Positions 27,194-36,374 of a stretch of 64,000 nucleotides of DNA are shown here, piece after piece. Position numbers and translations under genes: made by a program. The DNA comes from Verrucomicrobiales bacterium (GTDB taxonomy: Bacteria > Verrucomicrobiota > Verrucomicrobiia > Limisphaerales > J093), in NCBI GenBank assembly GCA_024233215.1, contig JACKPW010000009.1:53067-117066 (forward strand), read 5' to 3'. Each line of letters opens with the position of its first letter. The stretch's first letter is position 1. The notes under the pieces are model-generated. The model saw only the letters and a program-made list of their open reading frames with translations. It searched no databases and was not told the origin of the DNA.

Positions 27194-29236
27194 ATGCCGG
27201 TCCAGGAAACCACTGATCCGTTGAACACGCCCGTGGCGATGCTGCGGGGTGTTGGTCCCGAACGTCAGGCGCAACTGGCGCGGCTGGACCTCCGCACGGT
27301 CGGGGATCTGCTGCTTCACCGGCCCCGCCGTTACGAGGATCGTCGGACGTTTCGCAAGGTGCGGGAACTGGCGTTGCACGAAACCGCCGCGACCCGCGGC
27401 CACATCGTGGCCATGGGGACCAAGCGTTACCGGCGCGGTTCACGGTCCGTGTTTGAACTCATCGTCGAGGACGAAACCGGCCGGCTGCATTGTCGGTGGT
27501 GGAATCTCCCGTTCATGGAGGAACGGTTCCAGGTGGGCCAGGAGTTGGTCGTGTTCGGCAGGGTGCGGGACCTGAAACCGGTCACGATCGATCATCCCGA
27601 GACGGAAATCATCGAGGGGGACGAGGAGCGATCGCTTCACCTTCACCGGTTGGTGCCGGTGCATCCCGCGACCGAGGGCCTGACGCCACGTTACCTGCGC
27701 TGGCTGGTGTGGCAGGCGCTGGAACGGTTTGGCGGAGCAGTGGTCGAGCCTTGGGGGGACGCGGGAATCGCAGGGTTGCCCAGTCGGATCGACGCGATTC
27801 GCGCGCTCCACTTTCCCGGCGAATCCGGCGAGGAGGAACAGGCGCGGAAACGGCTCGCGCTGGACGAGTTTATCGGCCTGCAACTCGGCATCCAGCGGCG
27901 GCGGCGAAATCTCCAATCGAATGCGGCCGGGTTGCCGTGCAGTGGGGACAACCGTTTGATGCGCCCCTTCCTGTCGCGGTTGCCCTTCAAGTTGACGGAC
28001 GCGCAAACGCAGGTGTTGCGTGAACTGCGACGAGACATGGGCGGGGCGCATCCGATGCGACGACTGCTCCAGGGCGATGTGGGGTGCGGGAAGACCGTTG
28101 TGGCGGCGTGCTGCGCCATCATGGCGGTCGAGAGCGGTTACGAGGTCGCTTACATGACCCCCACCGAAGTGTTGGCCCGACAGCAATGGCAGACCCTGAA
28201 GTCGTGGTTTGAGCCGCTCGGCATTCCCGTCCACCTGCGGACCGGCAGCCTGAAAACCGAACCGGCGGACGACACCCCAACGGAAGCGCTGAGAGGAGGC
28301 GGGCTGCCGGCCGTTACCGTGGGGACGCACGCTCTCATTGAATCCGGTTTCGCCCCGCCGCGCCTGGGCCTGGTCATCATTGACGAGCAGCACAAGTTCG
28401 GGGTGGTGCAACGGGAGGCACTGGTGCGCAAGGGGCGTTATCCCCACCTGCTCGTGATGACCGCAACGCCCATCCCGCGGACGTTGGGCCTTACGCTCTA
28501 CGGGGATCTTGATGTGTCGGTGATCGATGCGCTGCCGGCGGAACGCGGCCGGATTACAACCCACGTTCGCACGGAAGCGAGTCTGCCCAAGGTCTGGGAA
28601 TTCGTGCGCAGTGAGGCTGCCGCCGGCCGGCAGGCCTACGTGGTCTATCCCCGCGTGGAGGAGGCCGACCTGCAGACCGGCCTGAAAGCCGTGTTGCAGG
28701 AACACGCCCGGCTCGAACAGACCCTCTCGCCGCATCGGGTCGGGTTGTTGCACGGACGCCTGGACGCCGTGGAGAAAGAGGCGGTGATGGGAGCCTTTCG
28801 GGACCGGCGGCTGCAAGTGCTGGTCGCCACCAGCATCATCGAGGTCGGGCTCGATGTGCCCAATGCGACGGTGATGGTGATCGAGAATGCCGACCGGTTT
28901 GGGCTCGCTCAATTGCATCAACTCCGGGGCCGGATCGGCCGCGGGAAGGGGGACTCGACCTGCATTCTGGTGGCCGGGGTCCGGACCCAGGAGGCCCGGG
29001 CGCGATTGAAGGTGCTGGCGGAGACCCAGGACGGCTTTCGCATCGCCGAGGCCGACCTGCAACTGCGCGGCCCGGGCGAACTGCTGGGACAATCCCAGAG
29101 CGGCCTCCCGCCGTTCCGTTTCGGGGATCTGGCCCGCGATCTCAAGCTCGTGGAACAGGCTCGTGGCATCGCGGCGCAGTTGCTCGATCAGGAAGAGACG
29201 AAACGACCGGGAGCGCGATGCACTCCCGGTCGTTGA
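27194..29236 (+). CDS. recG: ATP-dependent DNA helicase RecG
   Basis: LRGVGPERQAQLARLDLRTVGDLL; wedge/OB region; Walker A GDVGCGKT; motif II IIDEQHKFG; MTATPIPRTL; QLHQLRGRIGRG; TRG-like C-terminus. Confidence 0.95.
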   Translation: MPVQETTDPLNTPVAMLRGVGPERQAQLARLDLRTVGDLLLHRPRRYEDRRTFRKVRELALHETAATRGHIVAMGTKRYRRGSRSVFELIVEDETGRLHCRWWNLPFMEERFQVGQELVVFGRVRDLKPVTIDHPETEIIEGDEERSLHLHRLVPVHPATEGLTPRYLRWLVWQALERFGGAVVEPWGDAGIAGLPSRIDAIRALHFPGESGEEEQARKRLALDEFIGLQLGIQRRRRNLQSNAAGLPCSGDNRLMRPFLSRLPFKLTDAQTQVLRELRRDMGGAHPMRRLLQGDVGCGKTVVAACCAIMAVESGYEVAYMTPTEVLARQQWQTLKSWFEPLGIPVHLRTGSLKTEPADDTPTEALRGGGLPAVTVGTHALIESGFAPPRLGLVIIDEQHKFGVVQREALVRKGRYPHLLVMTATPIPRTLGLTLYGDLDVSVIDALPAERGRITTHVRTEASLPKVWEFVRSEAAAGRQAYVVYPRVEEADLQTGLKAVLQEHARLEQTLSPHRVGLLHGRLDAVEKEAVMGAFRDRRLQVLVATSIIEVGLDVPNATVMVIENADRFGLAQLHQLRGRIGRGKGDSTCILVAGVRTQEARARLKVLAETQDGFRIAEADLQLRGPGELLGQSQSGLPPFRFGDLARDLKLVEQARGIAAQLLDQEETKRPGARCTPGR

Positions 29237-29258
29237 TCGAACCAACCATTTCAGGTCG

Positions 29259-32200
29259 CTATTCCTCGACCCGATAGAACGCCTGCGATTCCGTGGCGGT
29301 CACGGTGTAGGGATTCGAGGCGTCGGGGATCTCGGTCCAGGGACCCGTGACGGCGGGGGCCGCCAACAGCTTCTGGCCCGCGGCCGTTGGAGCCCAGGAG
29401 ATGGACACCGTGCTGCCGGTTCGAGCGATCTCGAGTTGCACGGAGGGCCCGCTGCCCTCGATGTTCAGGTAGCCCTTGAGATCGACCCGCAGGCCGGTGG
29501 GGCCGGGGGTTTCTCCCGCGTTGTTCACGAGGAACTCCAGGGTGTTCACGCCCTCGGTCAGACCGGTGGTGATCGTGAACGGCACGAGGCTGCCGAATCC
29601 CGGCGACGTGATGCCGGTGCTGGCGCCGTTGATCAGCACATCCGTAACCGAGTTGTCGGCGCCGATGCCTCCGACCACGCTGACCTTGCTCACGTCGTAG
29701 CCGGTGAGATCGAAGGTGGTCAGGTAGGCGTAGTCGCCCACGGCCGTCACCCCGTTGTCAGGATCGCCGCTCTGGTTCTGGTTCGCGTGCGGGGCAATCC
29801 AACTCGAGGTCGGACCGTTGGCAACCCACGGACCGGCGGGTGCGATGGGCCAGGCGTTGCTGACCACGATGGCGGCCGGCCCGGTGTAGACCAGGTCGGC
29901 GCTGGTGGTGAGGGTGTAGTGCGGATCCGTCGCGGCATCCGCCAACAGAGCGCCGTTGTCATCCACCCCCGTCCCGAAGAAGCCGGGCAACGGGCGGTAG
30001 GCGACAGTCACCACGGCGGCGGCACTGGTCTCGTTGCCCCAGAGGTTGGAAACCCTGACCGTATAGCTGCCGGAGTCGGTCGTGGTCAGGTCGGCCAGGG
30101 TGAGCGACGCCCCGGTGGCTCCGGGGATTGCCGTCCCGTTCTTCATCCATTGATAGTCGACGGGCAGGGTGCCGGTGGCCGTGACCTTCAGGACCGTGGT
30201 GTCGCCCTCGGCATACTTCCCGCCTGCCGGACCGATACCGATCCCGGCGGGAATGCCCGGCAACGTGCGGGCGCTGGTCTTGGTGAATTCCACCCGGAGG
30301 CCGGCAGGGCCGGCGGCCGCGTTGGCCATCTCGAAGTCGAGCGTGTTTTCCTCCTGGAGGAAGTCCACGTCATCACTCGTGATCGTGAAGGTGGTGAAGG
30401 CGCCGAATCCGGTGCTCAGCGGCACGGGCACGGTCGCCCCGTTGACGTAGACCGCCACGCCGGTGTTGTCGGTGGCCCAACCCCCGGTGATCTGGACGGT
30501 GTTCGTGTCGCGGCCACTCAGGTCGAAGGTGGTCCGATACGAGTAGGTTCCGGCGGCGATGTCGCCGTCCCCGACCGCTGCCCGTGAGCCGACCCATTTC
30601 GAGGTGTCCGTGTTCACCATCCAGACGCCGGCCTGGATCGGCCAGCCTTCGTTCCCCACGAACACGTCGGGTGAGCCGCCGTCCGGGTTGATCAGGAACG
30701 TCCAGTATGGATCCACGCTGCCGGCTGCGAGCGGTTGACCGTCGGCGCCGATGCCGGTGCTGCGCAACGACGGAATCGTCTCGAGCAGCGACAACCGTGC
30801 CACACTGCTCGTGGCGGTGCCGTGGTCATTGCTGACGACCAGGGCGTAGTCGCCCTCGTCGGCGAGCGTGACGGCGTCCAGGTTCAAGATGGGTTCCGTG
30901 GCGCCTTCCACGGGTTCCCCGTTCAACTCCCATTGGTAGGTCAGCGGCTGGCTGCCCTGCGCGGTGGCACTGAACGAGGCCGCTTCGCCCAGGTAGACGG
31001 TGACCGATTGCGGCTGGGTACCGATGCTCGGAGGGGTTCCCGCCGGGACCGCCACGACCGCCACGTTGTCCAGCAGGGCGGTGGAGTCGGTTCCCGCAGG
31101 ATTGGTGCTCTTGATGAACGCCAGTTCCAGATCGGCGGCCGTCGCGGTGAACATGCCACTGGTGATCTCGTGGTAGCGCTTGCCGGCGCCCACGGGCAGC
31201 ACCCGGTGTGCCGGCACTACGGTCGAGCCTCCGACCTGTACCTCCATTCCAGGAATCGTGACGCTTGTCCGACCGTTTTCAAAGTAGTGCAGATAGTAGT
31301 CGCCGCCCACGGTGAGCCCGGTCAATGTCTGACTCAGCATGCCCGGCCCCTGCAGGAACGCCACCTGGGTGCCGTGCGGCACGAGGCCGTTGTCCGCAAA
31401 CGGATTCGGCCCATTGGCGGGCGCACCCAGCACCGGGTTGAGGCCATGATTGTCGAGCGAGGTCCAGCCGGTGATCGGTCCGTTGTCATCCGCACCCGGG
31501 TTGCCCGCCACGTAGCCGGGCCAGGAGTAGAATTCATCCACCTCAAAACTTGGGTTGGTCATCGGGATGCCCACGGCGAGTCGGGCCGCCCGGCTGGTGG
31601 CGGATCCGGCGAGGTTTGCCACCACCACCTCGTAGCTGCCGGCCGCGGCGGCATCCACGGCGGCAATCGTCAGGGTATCCGCCGTCTCACCCGGCAGGTC
31701 GGTTCCGTTGTGACGCCATTGGTAGGTCGGGGTGGGCACGGCGTTGGCGGTGACGGTGAAGCTTACGGGCAGACCCGCGGTGACCGTGACGTCGCGCGGT
31801 TCGGCGGTGATGGTCGGGGCCACGTAGCGCGACACCGCCTCCCGGTTGCTGAAACCGTAGACGTGGAAGCTCACGTTCGCCGGGACGAACGGCGCGAACT
31901 TCATGGTCACGGTGCCGGTGTCGTCCGCCACGTATGTGTGGGAAATGCGGATGCCGACGTCGTTGTAGTACTGGTCCTGATTTACGGTCAGGTAGTCATC
32001 GCCCACGCTGAACGTGGCCCAGCGCGAGCCGATGCCCGGATCCTCCCATGCCACCGAATAGATCGTCATGACATACTCGGTTCCAGGCGTCAGGCCTTCG
32101 AGTTTGATGCTCTGATACAGTCCGGCGGGCACGTTGCCGCCGTAGACAAACTGACCGGCCATGACGGCACTGTCCCCACTGACGCCGGTGCTGGTGTCAG

Positions 32201-33017
32201 CGACGGGACCCGAGCCGAGGAATGTGGTGGAGAACCGGTCCTCCACGGCGGGGTTCGCTCCGGCCAGGCCCGTGAACGTGACGCCATTGATGGTGGCGCT
32301 TTCGTCACTGCCGAGATTGTAGGCGTGGGTGTAGAGGTAGCTCGCGTCCACGCCGACATCGAAGTCGGAATACCACTCCGCGATCGTCCACCGGCCCGAA
32401 CTGGGCTCGATGTGAAAATCGTCCACCAGCAGTGTCTGGTCACCCTCGGCGTCGTTCGCCAGCTTCAAGACCACGGAGGTGGTCCAGGCGTCGAAGTTGA
32501 ACGCCACGTGCCACCAGGGGTTCGAGGATCCCACCGAAGCCGTGGATAACCCCTCCACGGCGCCCCACGGGAATAGCGCGCCCACGTCATCGATATAGAC
32601 CTTCGCATGGGGCGTGTTGCCCGTGCGGGCGTTGATTCGGAAGCTCACGCGATAGGTGGTGCCCGGCACCAGGTCGGTGATGGTGGTGCTGAGCGTCGCC
32701 GGCGTGGCGGGATCGTCGGTGTTCACCTGGATGAACGCCACGTTGTTGCCGTCCGGAATCGCTCCGTTGTCCGCGAACGGGGCGCCGCCCGAGGGATTCA
32801 AGCCGACCCTTTCAGCCGGGGAGGCAGTCCATCCGGAGATCGGGCCGTTGTCGCTGATGTAGCCCGGATACACGCTGAAGGTGTCCGTTTCGAAGCTGGG
32901 ATTCGGAATGGTCTGGGCCTGAGCGGTCAGGGCGCAAAGGCCTGCGAGTGCCAGGAAAGGACCGGGCCGAAGACCGCGTGGCCGGGGCCGGGGAATGGTG
33001 ATCTGATTCATACGCAT
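29259..33017 (-). CDS. Giant secreted surface protein with three Ig (I-set)-like domains alternating with duplicated jelly-roll-like modules
   Basis: Signal peptide MRMNQITIPRPRPRGLRPGPFLALAGLCALTAQA. Ig-like YQWRHNGTDLPG...GSYEVVVAN, YQWELNGEPVEG...GDYALVVSN, YQWMKNGTAIPG...GSYTVRVSN. Duplicated NPSFE...GWT modules. Confidence 0.85.
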   Translation of the reverse strand: MRMNQITIPRPRPRGLRPGPFLALAGLCALTAQAQTIPNPSFETDTFSVYPGYISDNGPISGWTASPAERVGLNPSGGAPFADNGAIPDGNNVAFIQVNTDDPATPATLSTTITDLVPGTTYRVSFRINARTGNTPHAKVYIDDVGALFPWGAVEGLSTASVGSSNPWWHVAFNFDAWTTSVVLKLANDAEGDQTLLVDDFHIEPSSGRWTIAEWYSDFDVGVDASYLYTHAYNLGSDESATINGVTFTGLAGANPAVEDRFSTTFLGSGPVADTSTGVSGDSAVMAGQFVYGGNVPAGLYQSIKLEGLTPGTEYVMTIYSVAWEDPGIGSRWATFSVGDDYLTVNQDQYYNDVGIRISHTYVADDTGTVTMKFAPFVPANVSFHVYGFSNREAVSRYVAPTITAEPRDVTVTAGLPVSFTVTANAVPTPTYQWRHNGTDLPGETADTLTIAAVDAAAAGSYEVVVANLAGSATSRAARLAVGIPMTNPSFEVDEFYSWPGYVAGNPGADDNGPITGWTSLDNHGLNPVLGAPANGPNPFADNGLVPHGTQVAFLQGPGMLSQTLTGLTVGGDYYLHYFENGRTSVTIPGMEVQVGGSTVVPAHRVLPVGAGKRYHEITSGMFTATAADLELAFIKSTNPAGTDSTALLDNVAVVAVPAGTPPSIGTQPQSVTVYLGEAASFSATAQGSQPLTYQWELNGEPVEGATEPILNLDAVTLADEGDYALVVSNDHGTATSSVARLSLLETIPSLRSTGIGADGQPLAAGSVDPYWTFLINPDGGSPDVFVGNEGWPIQAGVWMVNTDTSKWVGSRAAVGDGDIAAGTYSYRTTFDLSGRDTNTVQITGGWATDNTGVAVYVNGATVPVPLSTGFGAFTTFTITSDDVDFLQEENTLDFEMANAAAGPAGLRVEFTKTSARTLPGIPAGIGIGPAGGKYAEGDTTVLKVTATGTLPVDYQWMKNGTAIPGATGASLTLADLTTTDSGSYTVRVSNLWGNETSAAAVVTVAYRPLPGFFGTGVDDNGALLADAATDPHYTLTTSADLVYTGPAAIVVSNAWPIAPAGPWVANGPTSSWIAPHANQNQSGDPDNGVTAVGDYAYLTTFDLTGYDVSKVSVVGGIGADNSVTDVLINGASTGITSPGFGSLVPFTITTGLTEGVNTLEFLVNNAGETPGPTGLRVDLKGYLNIEGSGPSVQLEIARTGSTVSISWAPTAAGQKLLAAPAVTGPWTEIPDASNPYTVTATESQAFYRVEE

Positions 33018-33456
33018 CGTGTACGTTGACGGTTGCTCACGGAGAATTCAGTGAACGACGCAGAGGTCTCAGGGGAAAGCCCCTGGGAACGAACTACGTG
33101 GTTCACGTTCTCCGGTTACCACGAGAGAGGTCCTCTGGCAAGCGCGCCGACGGGGGGAATGGCACCCGGCGTGCGCATCGCAGGTTTCCTGATCCCGGTT
33201 TCGTAATCGTCATCCTCATCGTAATCTCATGGACCGCATCCTGGGTCCCAAGAGGCCGCCGGTTTACGAGCAGGGGCTGGCTTGCATGGCCTGGGTGGAA
33301 CCGCTGCTGGTGAAGCGTGGGGATCGTGATTGCGAGCAGGCCCCGCGGGGGCTCCCCCGGCGGTTCGGTTGTGGAAACTGGTGAAATGCACACCTCTCGA
33401 CCGGACCTGCGCGAACTCGCTCGCAAGGAAGCTGCGATGAAGCTGCGATGAAGCTG

Positions 33457-33485
33457 TTGACACGATGCGTCGGAGGGCTCATTCT
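33457..33485 (+). promoter_or_regulatory. Candidate sigma-70 promoter of tRNA-Ala (TTGACA, 17 nt, CATTCT)
   Basis: TTGACA 33457-33462, 17-nt spacer, CATTCT 33480-33485, 18 nt before the tRNA 5' end. Preceded by the tandem 11-mer GAAGCTGCGAT x2.6 (33428-33456). Confidence 0.35.
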
Positions 33486-33502
33486 CTTCCCCGCTTTTGG
33501 CT

Positions 33503-33578
33503 GGGGTCGTAGCTCAGTTGGTAGAGCACCACAATGGCATTGTGGGGGTCAGGGGTTCGACTCCCCTCGGCTCCACCA
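33503..33578 (+). tRNA. tRNA-Ala (anticodon GGC), CCA encoded
   Basis: Cloverleaf read by eye: acceptor GGGGTCG/CGGCTCC with the G3:U70 alanine identity pair; D arm GCTCAGTTGGTAGAGC; anticodon stem CCACA/TGTGG with loop ATGGCAT; T arm AGGGGTTCGACTCCCCT; 3' ACCA. Confidence 0.95.
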
Positions 33579-33895
33579 GTTCAACACAAGCAAGAAGTCC
33601 AAGGGAAAACCATCTCCTGTGCGGGTTCCGTGCAGGCTCTCCGCAGCAGATCACGAAGTGGTTGGGGCGTGACTTCGCCGGGCGATGTGTGTCACCCGCT
33701 CGGACTTACCGGTGCCCGCGAATCCTTCGGGCTTGTTTCTTTTTCAGCTGCGCGCTTGACCAGCCGCCAACCTCGACGACATTGCGCCTGCGATGCATGT
33801 GCCCTCCAGCCTCCGGGGTGGGTGGGGGGCTCGGCGGAAACTCGCCCCACAAACTCAACCGACTCGCTTGACGTGTGAACCGTCGAGGCACATCA

Positions 33896-34060
33896 ATGAA
33901 GATCATCAAGAACGCAATCGTGCTTTCCGTGGCCGCCATCCTCGTGGGGTGTGCCTCACCAAGCAACGCCAAGGTGGAGCAGCCCCCCGCCGGCAGTTCA
34001 TCAACGAACCCGCCCCCGGCCTGGGTGCAGGAGATCGACTCACAGACCAGTGGATTCTAG
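33896..34060 (+). CDS. Small lipoprotein (54 aa)
   Basis: MKIIKNAIVLSVAAILVGCASPSN has a lipobox L-V-G-C. Lower G+C than surroundings. Its stop TAG shares the palindrome CTAG with the convergent gene's stop. Confidence 0.55.
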   Translation: MKIIKNAIVLSVAAILVGCASPSNAKVEQPPAGSSSTNPPPAWVQEIDSQTSGF

Positions 34061-34314
34061 TCCGATCTCGGGGAGTAGAGCACCGTGTTGACGGCTTGCT
34101 TCACGGTGATCCAGCCTTTTCGGTCCAGAATCTGCAGGAGCCGGCTGGCCAGCGAATCCAGGTAGTCCGTGTGCGCCTGGTAGATGTCAGCGACCAGTTC
34201 CGGGAACCTGGCCTTCCGGAGGTCACCGAATCGGACCGGACGATTGACGCCGCCGGCCTGCGTGATCAGCAGATCGAGCACCTGCCTTTCCTTGTCATTT
34301 AGCGGTTCTGGCAT
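34057..34314 (-). CDS. Hypothetical 85-aa cytoplasmic protein (helical, possibly wHTH-like)
   Basis: GGAGG Shine-Dalgarno 6 nt before ATG 34314. MPEPLNDKERQVLDLLITQAGGVNRPVRFGDL... No family recognised. Confidence 0.55.
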   Translation of the reverse strand: MPEPLNDKERQVLDLLITQAGGVNRPVRFGDLRKARFPELVADIYQAHTDYLDSLASRLLQILDRKGWITVKQAVNTVLYSPRSD

Positions 34315-34609
34315 GATTGCCTCCTTCTGAGTTCCCGACCTTCACCCTCTGCCGCCTCGGGGCACCGCCGCGAAACCTCGCGGAACCCGCCACGACCGGT
34401 CGGTCGGTCCGCCAGGCTTGGCGCCGGTCTGGCTGTTCCAGCAGATGGGATCATTGCAAAAAGTAGACACTCTTGTTTGATGAGAGTCAAGCTGTGATCC
34501 GCATGCCTCGTTGGGCTTGCCGGGGCGGGCAGCTGGGGCGCTGACCGCGTGCAAAAGACGGCTTGACGCAGGGGAGGTCTTTCCTGTCAAGTATGTCCTT
34601 GTATTGAAA

Positions 34610-35155
34610 ATGCGGCTACTTGCTTGTGTCATTCTCCTGGCTGCCCCCGCGCAGGCTCAGTTGCTGATTGAGGGTACCATGTCCGGGTCGCCCGCCTATG
34701 GCGGATCGAATCCGGTGAGCTTCGAGTTTTCCTGCCTCTTCGATGACAGCGCTCTGGTGGGCAGTGGTTCCGAGTCGTTCGTTGATCAGCCGTTGGCGAC
34801 CTTCACCCTCTCGCCCAATCCCTTCGGCAGCACCAGTTTCAACCTCGCGAACACCGGTGTCAGTCTGGGGTTCACCGATGGCGTGCTGGATTCCGTGGCG
34901 GTCGGCGGCCTGCTCAACGGGGTAATTCCGGTGATCGGCACCACGGATGATTTCGTGGGCCAGTTCTTTGATTTTGGTGCTGGCTTGCAGCCCTACAGCC
35001 TCACCGCCAGCGTCGCGACGCAGTCTGGAACAGCCACTGTCTATTTCCCGTCGGGCAACATGACGGTGACGCCCGTTCCCGAGCCGCACGTGTATTCCCT
35101 CCTGGCCGGTCTGGGTGTTCTGGGTTTTGCGGCCTTCCGGCGACGTCGGTCCTGA
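34610..35155 (+). CDS. PEP-CTERM sorting-domain protein
   Basis: Signal peptide MRLLACVILLAAPAQA. C-terminal VPEPHVYSLLAGLGVLGFAAFRRRRS (PEP motif, TM helix, basic tail). Confidence 0.85.
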   Translation: MRLLACVILLAAPAQAQLLIEGTMSGSPAYGGSNPVSFEFSCLFDDSALVGSGSESFVDQPLATFTLSPNPFGSTSFNLANTGVSLGFTDGVLDSVAVGGLLNGVIPVIGTTDDFVGQFFDFGAGLQPYSLTASVATQSGTATVYFPSGNMTVTPVPEPHVYSLLAGLGVLGFAAFRRRRS

Positions 35156-35234
35156 AGGGTGCCGCGGGGGCGCTGAGGTGCCCGTTGCGGTGGATCGTCT
35201 GCCTCTGGATGGTTCGAGTTGGAAGAGTTCTGGG

Positions 35235-36134
35235 ATGTCGTTCCTGAATTATCACCACCTGCGCTATTTTCGGGCGGTGGCGAATGAGGGCAACCTGACC
35301 AAGGCGGCGGCGCGTCTGCGGGTGTCCCAGTCCGCGCTCAGCATCCAGTTGCGTCGATTGGAGGAGAGTCTTGGCCACGAGCTGTTCAGCCGCGAAAACC
35401 AGCGTCTCAAGCTCACTGCCTCCGGCCGGTTGGTGCTCGGGTATGCCGAATCGATCTTCCGAACCGGTGAGGAGATGATGTCCATGCTCGACCGTCAGTC
35501 GCCGGTGCGGCCGAAGGTGCTTTCGGTGGGGGCCGTGGCGACCCTGTCGCGCAACTTCCAGATCGGACTGCTGGAGCCCTTCCTGAACCAGCCGGATTTG
35601 CAGGTCGTGATCCGGTCGGGCAGCCTGCGTGAACTGCTGGCGCAACTGGAGGCGCACGCCATCGACGTGGTGTTGTCCAACCTGGCGGTGAAGCGGGAGT
35701 CCCGCACGGGGTGGCACAGTCACCTGCTCGCCGAGGAACCGGTCAGCCTCGTGAGCCGACCCGTCAAGGGGCGACGGCGCTTCCGGTTCCCGGAGGATCT
35801 GCGCGAAACCCCGGTCGTCCTTCCCGGCCTGGAGAGTGACACGCGGGTGGCCTTCGACCTCGTGATGGAACGGGCAGGCATCCAACCGATCATCGCCGCC
35901 GAGGTGGATGACATGGCGATGTTGCGCCTGGTCGCCCGGTCCTCCGATGCCCTCACCCTGGTGCCCCCCGTGGTGGTGCGGGATGAACTGCGCGAGGGTG
36001 TGCTGGTTGAGCGCCACCAACTGTCGGAAATCAAGAAGGGGTTCTATGCCATCACCCCAACCCGGCGATTTCCCAACGAGTTGGTCCGCCAACTGATTGA
36101 GCGAGGGAGATCCCGGCGACGCGGTCCCGGCTGA
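35235..36134 (+). CDS. LysR-family transcriptional regulator (NhaR-like N-terminus)
   Basis: MSFLNYHHLRYFRAVANEGNLTKAAARLRVSQSALSIQLRRLEESLGHELFSR (HTH) followed by a LysR substrate-binding domain. Confidence 0.9.
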   Translation: MSFLNYHHLRYFRAVANEGNLTKAAARLRVSQSALSIQLRRLEESLGHELFSRENQRLKLTASGRLVLGYAESIFRTGEEMMSMLDRQSPVRPKVLSVGAVATLSRNFQIGLLEPFLNQPDLQVVIRSGSLRELLAQLEAHAIDVVLSNLAVKRESRTGWHSHLLAEEPVSLVSRPVKGRRRFRFPEDLRETPVVLPGLESDTRVAFDLVMERAGIQPIIAAEVDDMAMLRLVARSSDALTLVPPVVVRDELREGVLVERHQLSEIKKGFYAITPTRRFPNELVRQLIERGRSRRRGPG

Positions 36135-36374
36135 CCTGCCCCGCCCGGGGGTTGGCGGGGATTGGCGCGAGAGCGCCCGGCACCTGGCATGCGCGCGGCA
36201 GTGCGTTCGGGCCGATGCCCCCCCTCCAGAGCCTTCACGCCACCAACCGAGCGCACCCAAGGGGGATGGTACGGGCGCGATACCAACGGGAGAGTGGCTG
36301 TTTCGAAAAAGCGAACGGTCTCTTGCCTTTTGTCGAATTTCCCTGTGGGTGTGCCTGTTGTATTTGTTGTGAAA

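Noticed and set aside
27440-29245. 601-aa ORF antisense to recG
   Set aside because: recG motifs on the + strand are unambiguous. The antisense product has no recognisable features.
30735-32549. 604-aa plus-strand ORF inside the giant Ig-like protein gene
   Set aside because: It is antisense to a gene with repeated Ig-like domains and a good signal peptide. The product is G/R/V/D-rich.
33503-36200. Integrated prophage or integrative element at tRNA-Ala
   Set aside because: I found no integrase, phage or conjugation genes, and no direct repeat of the tRNA 3' end by eye. Only a small lower-GC pocket is present.
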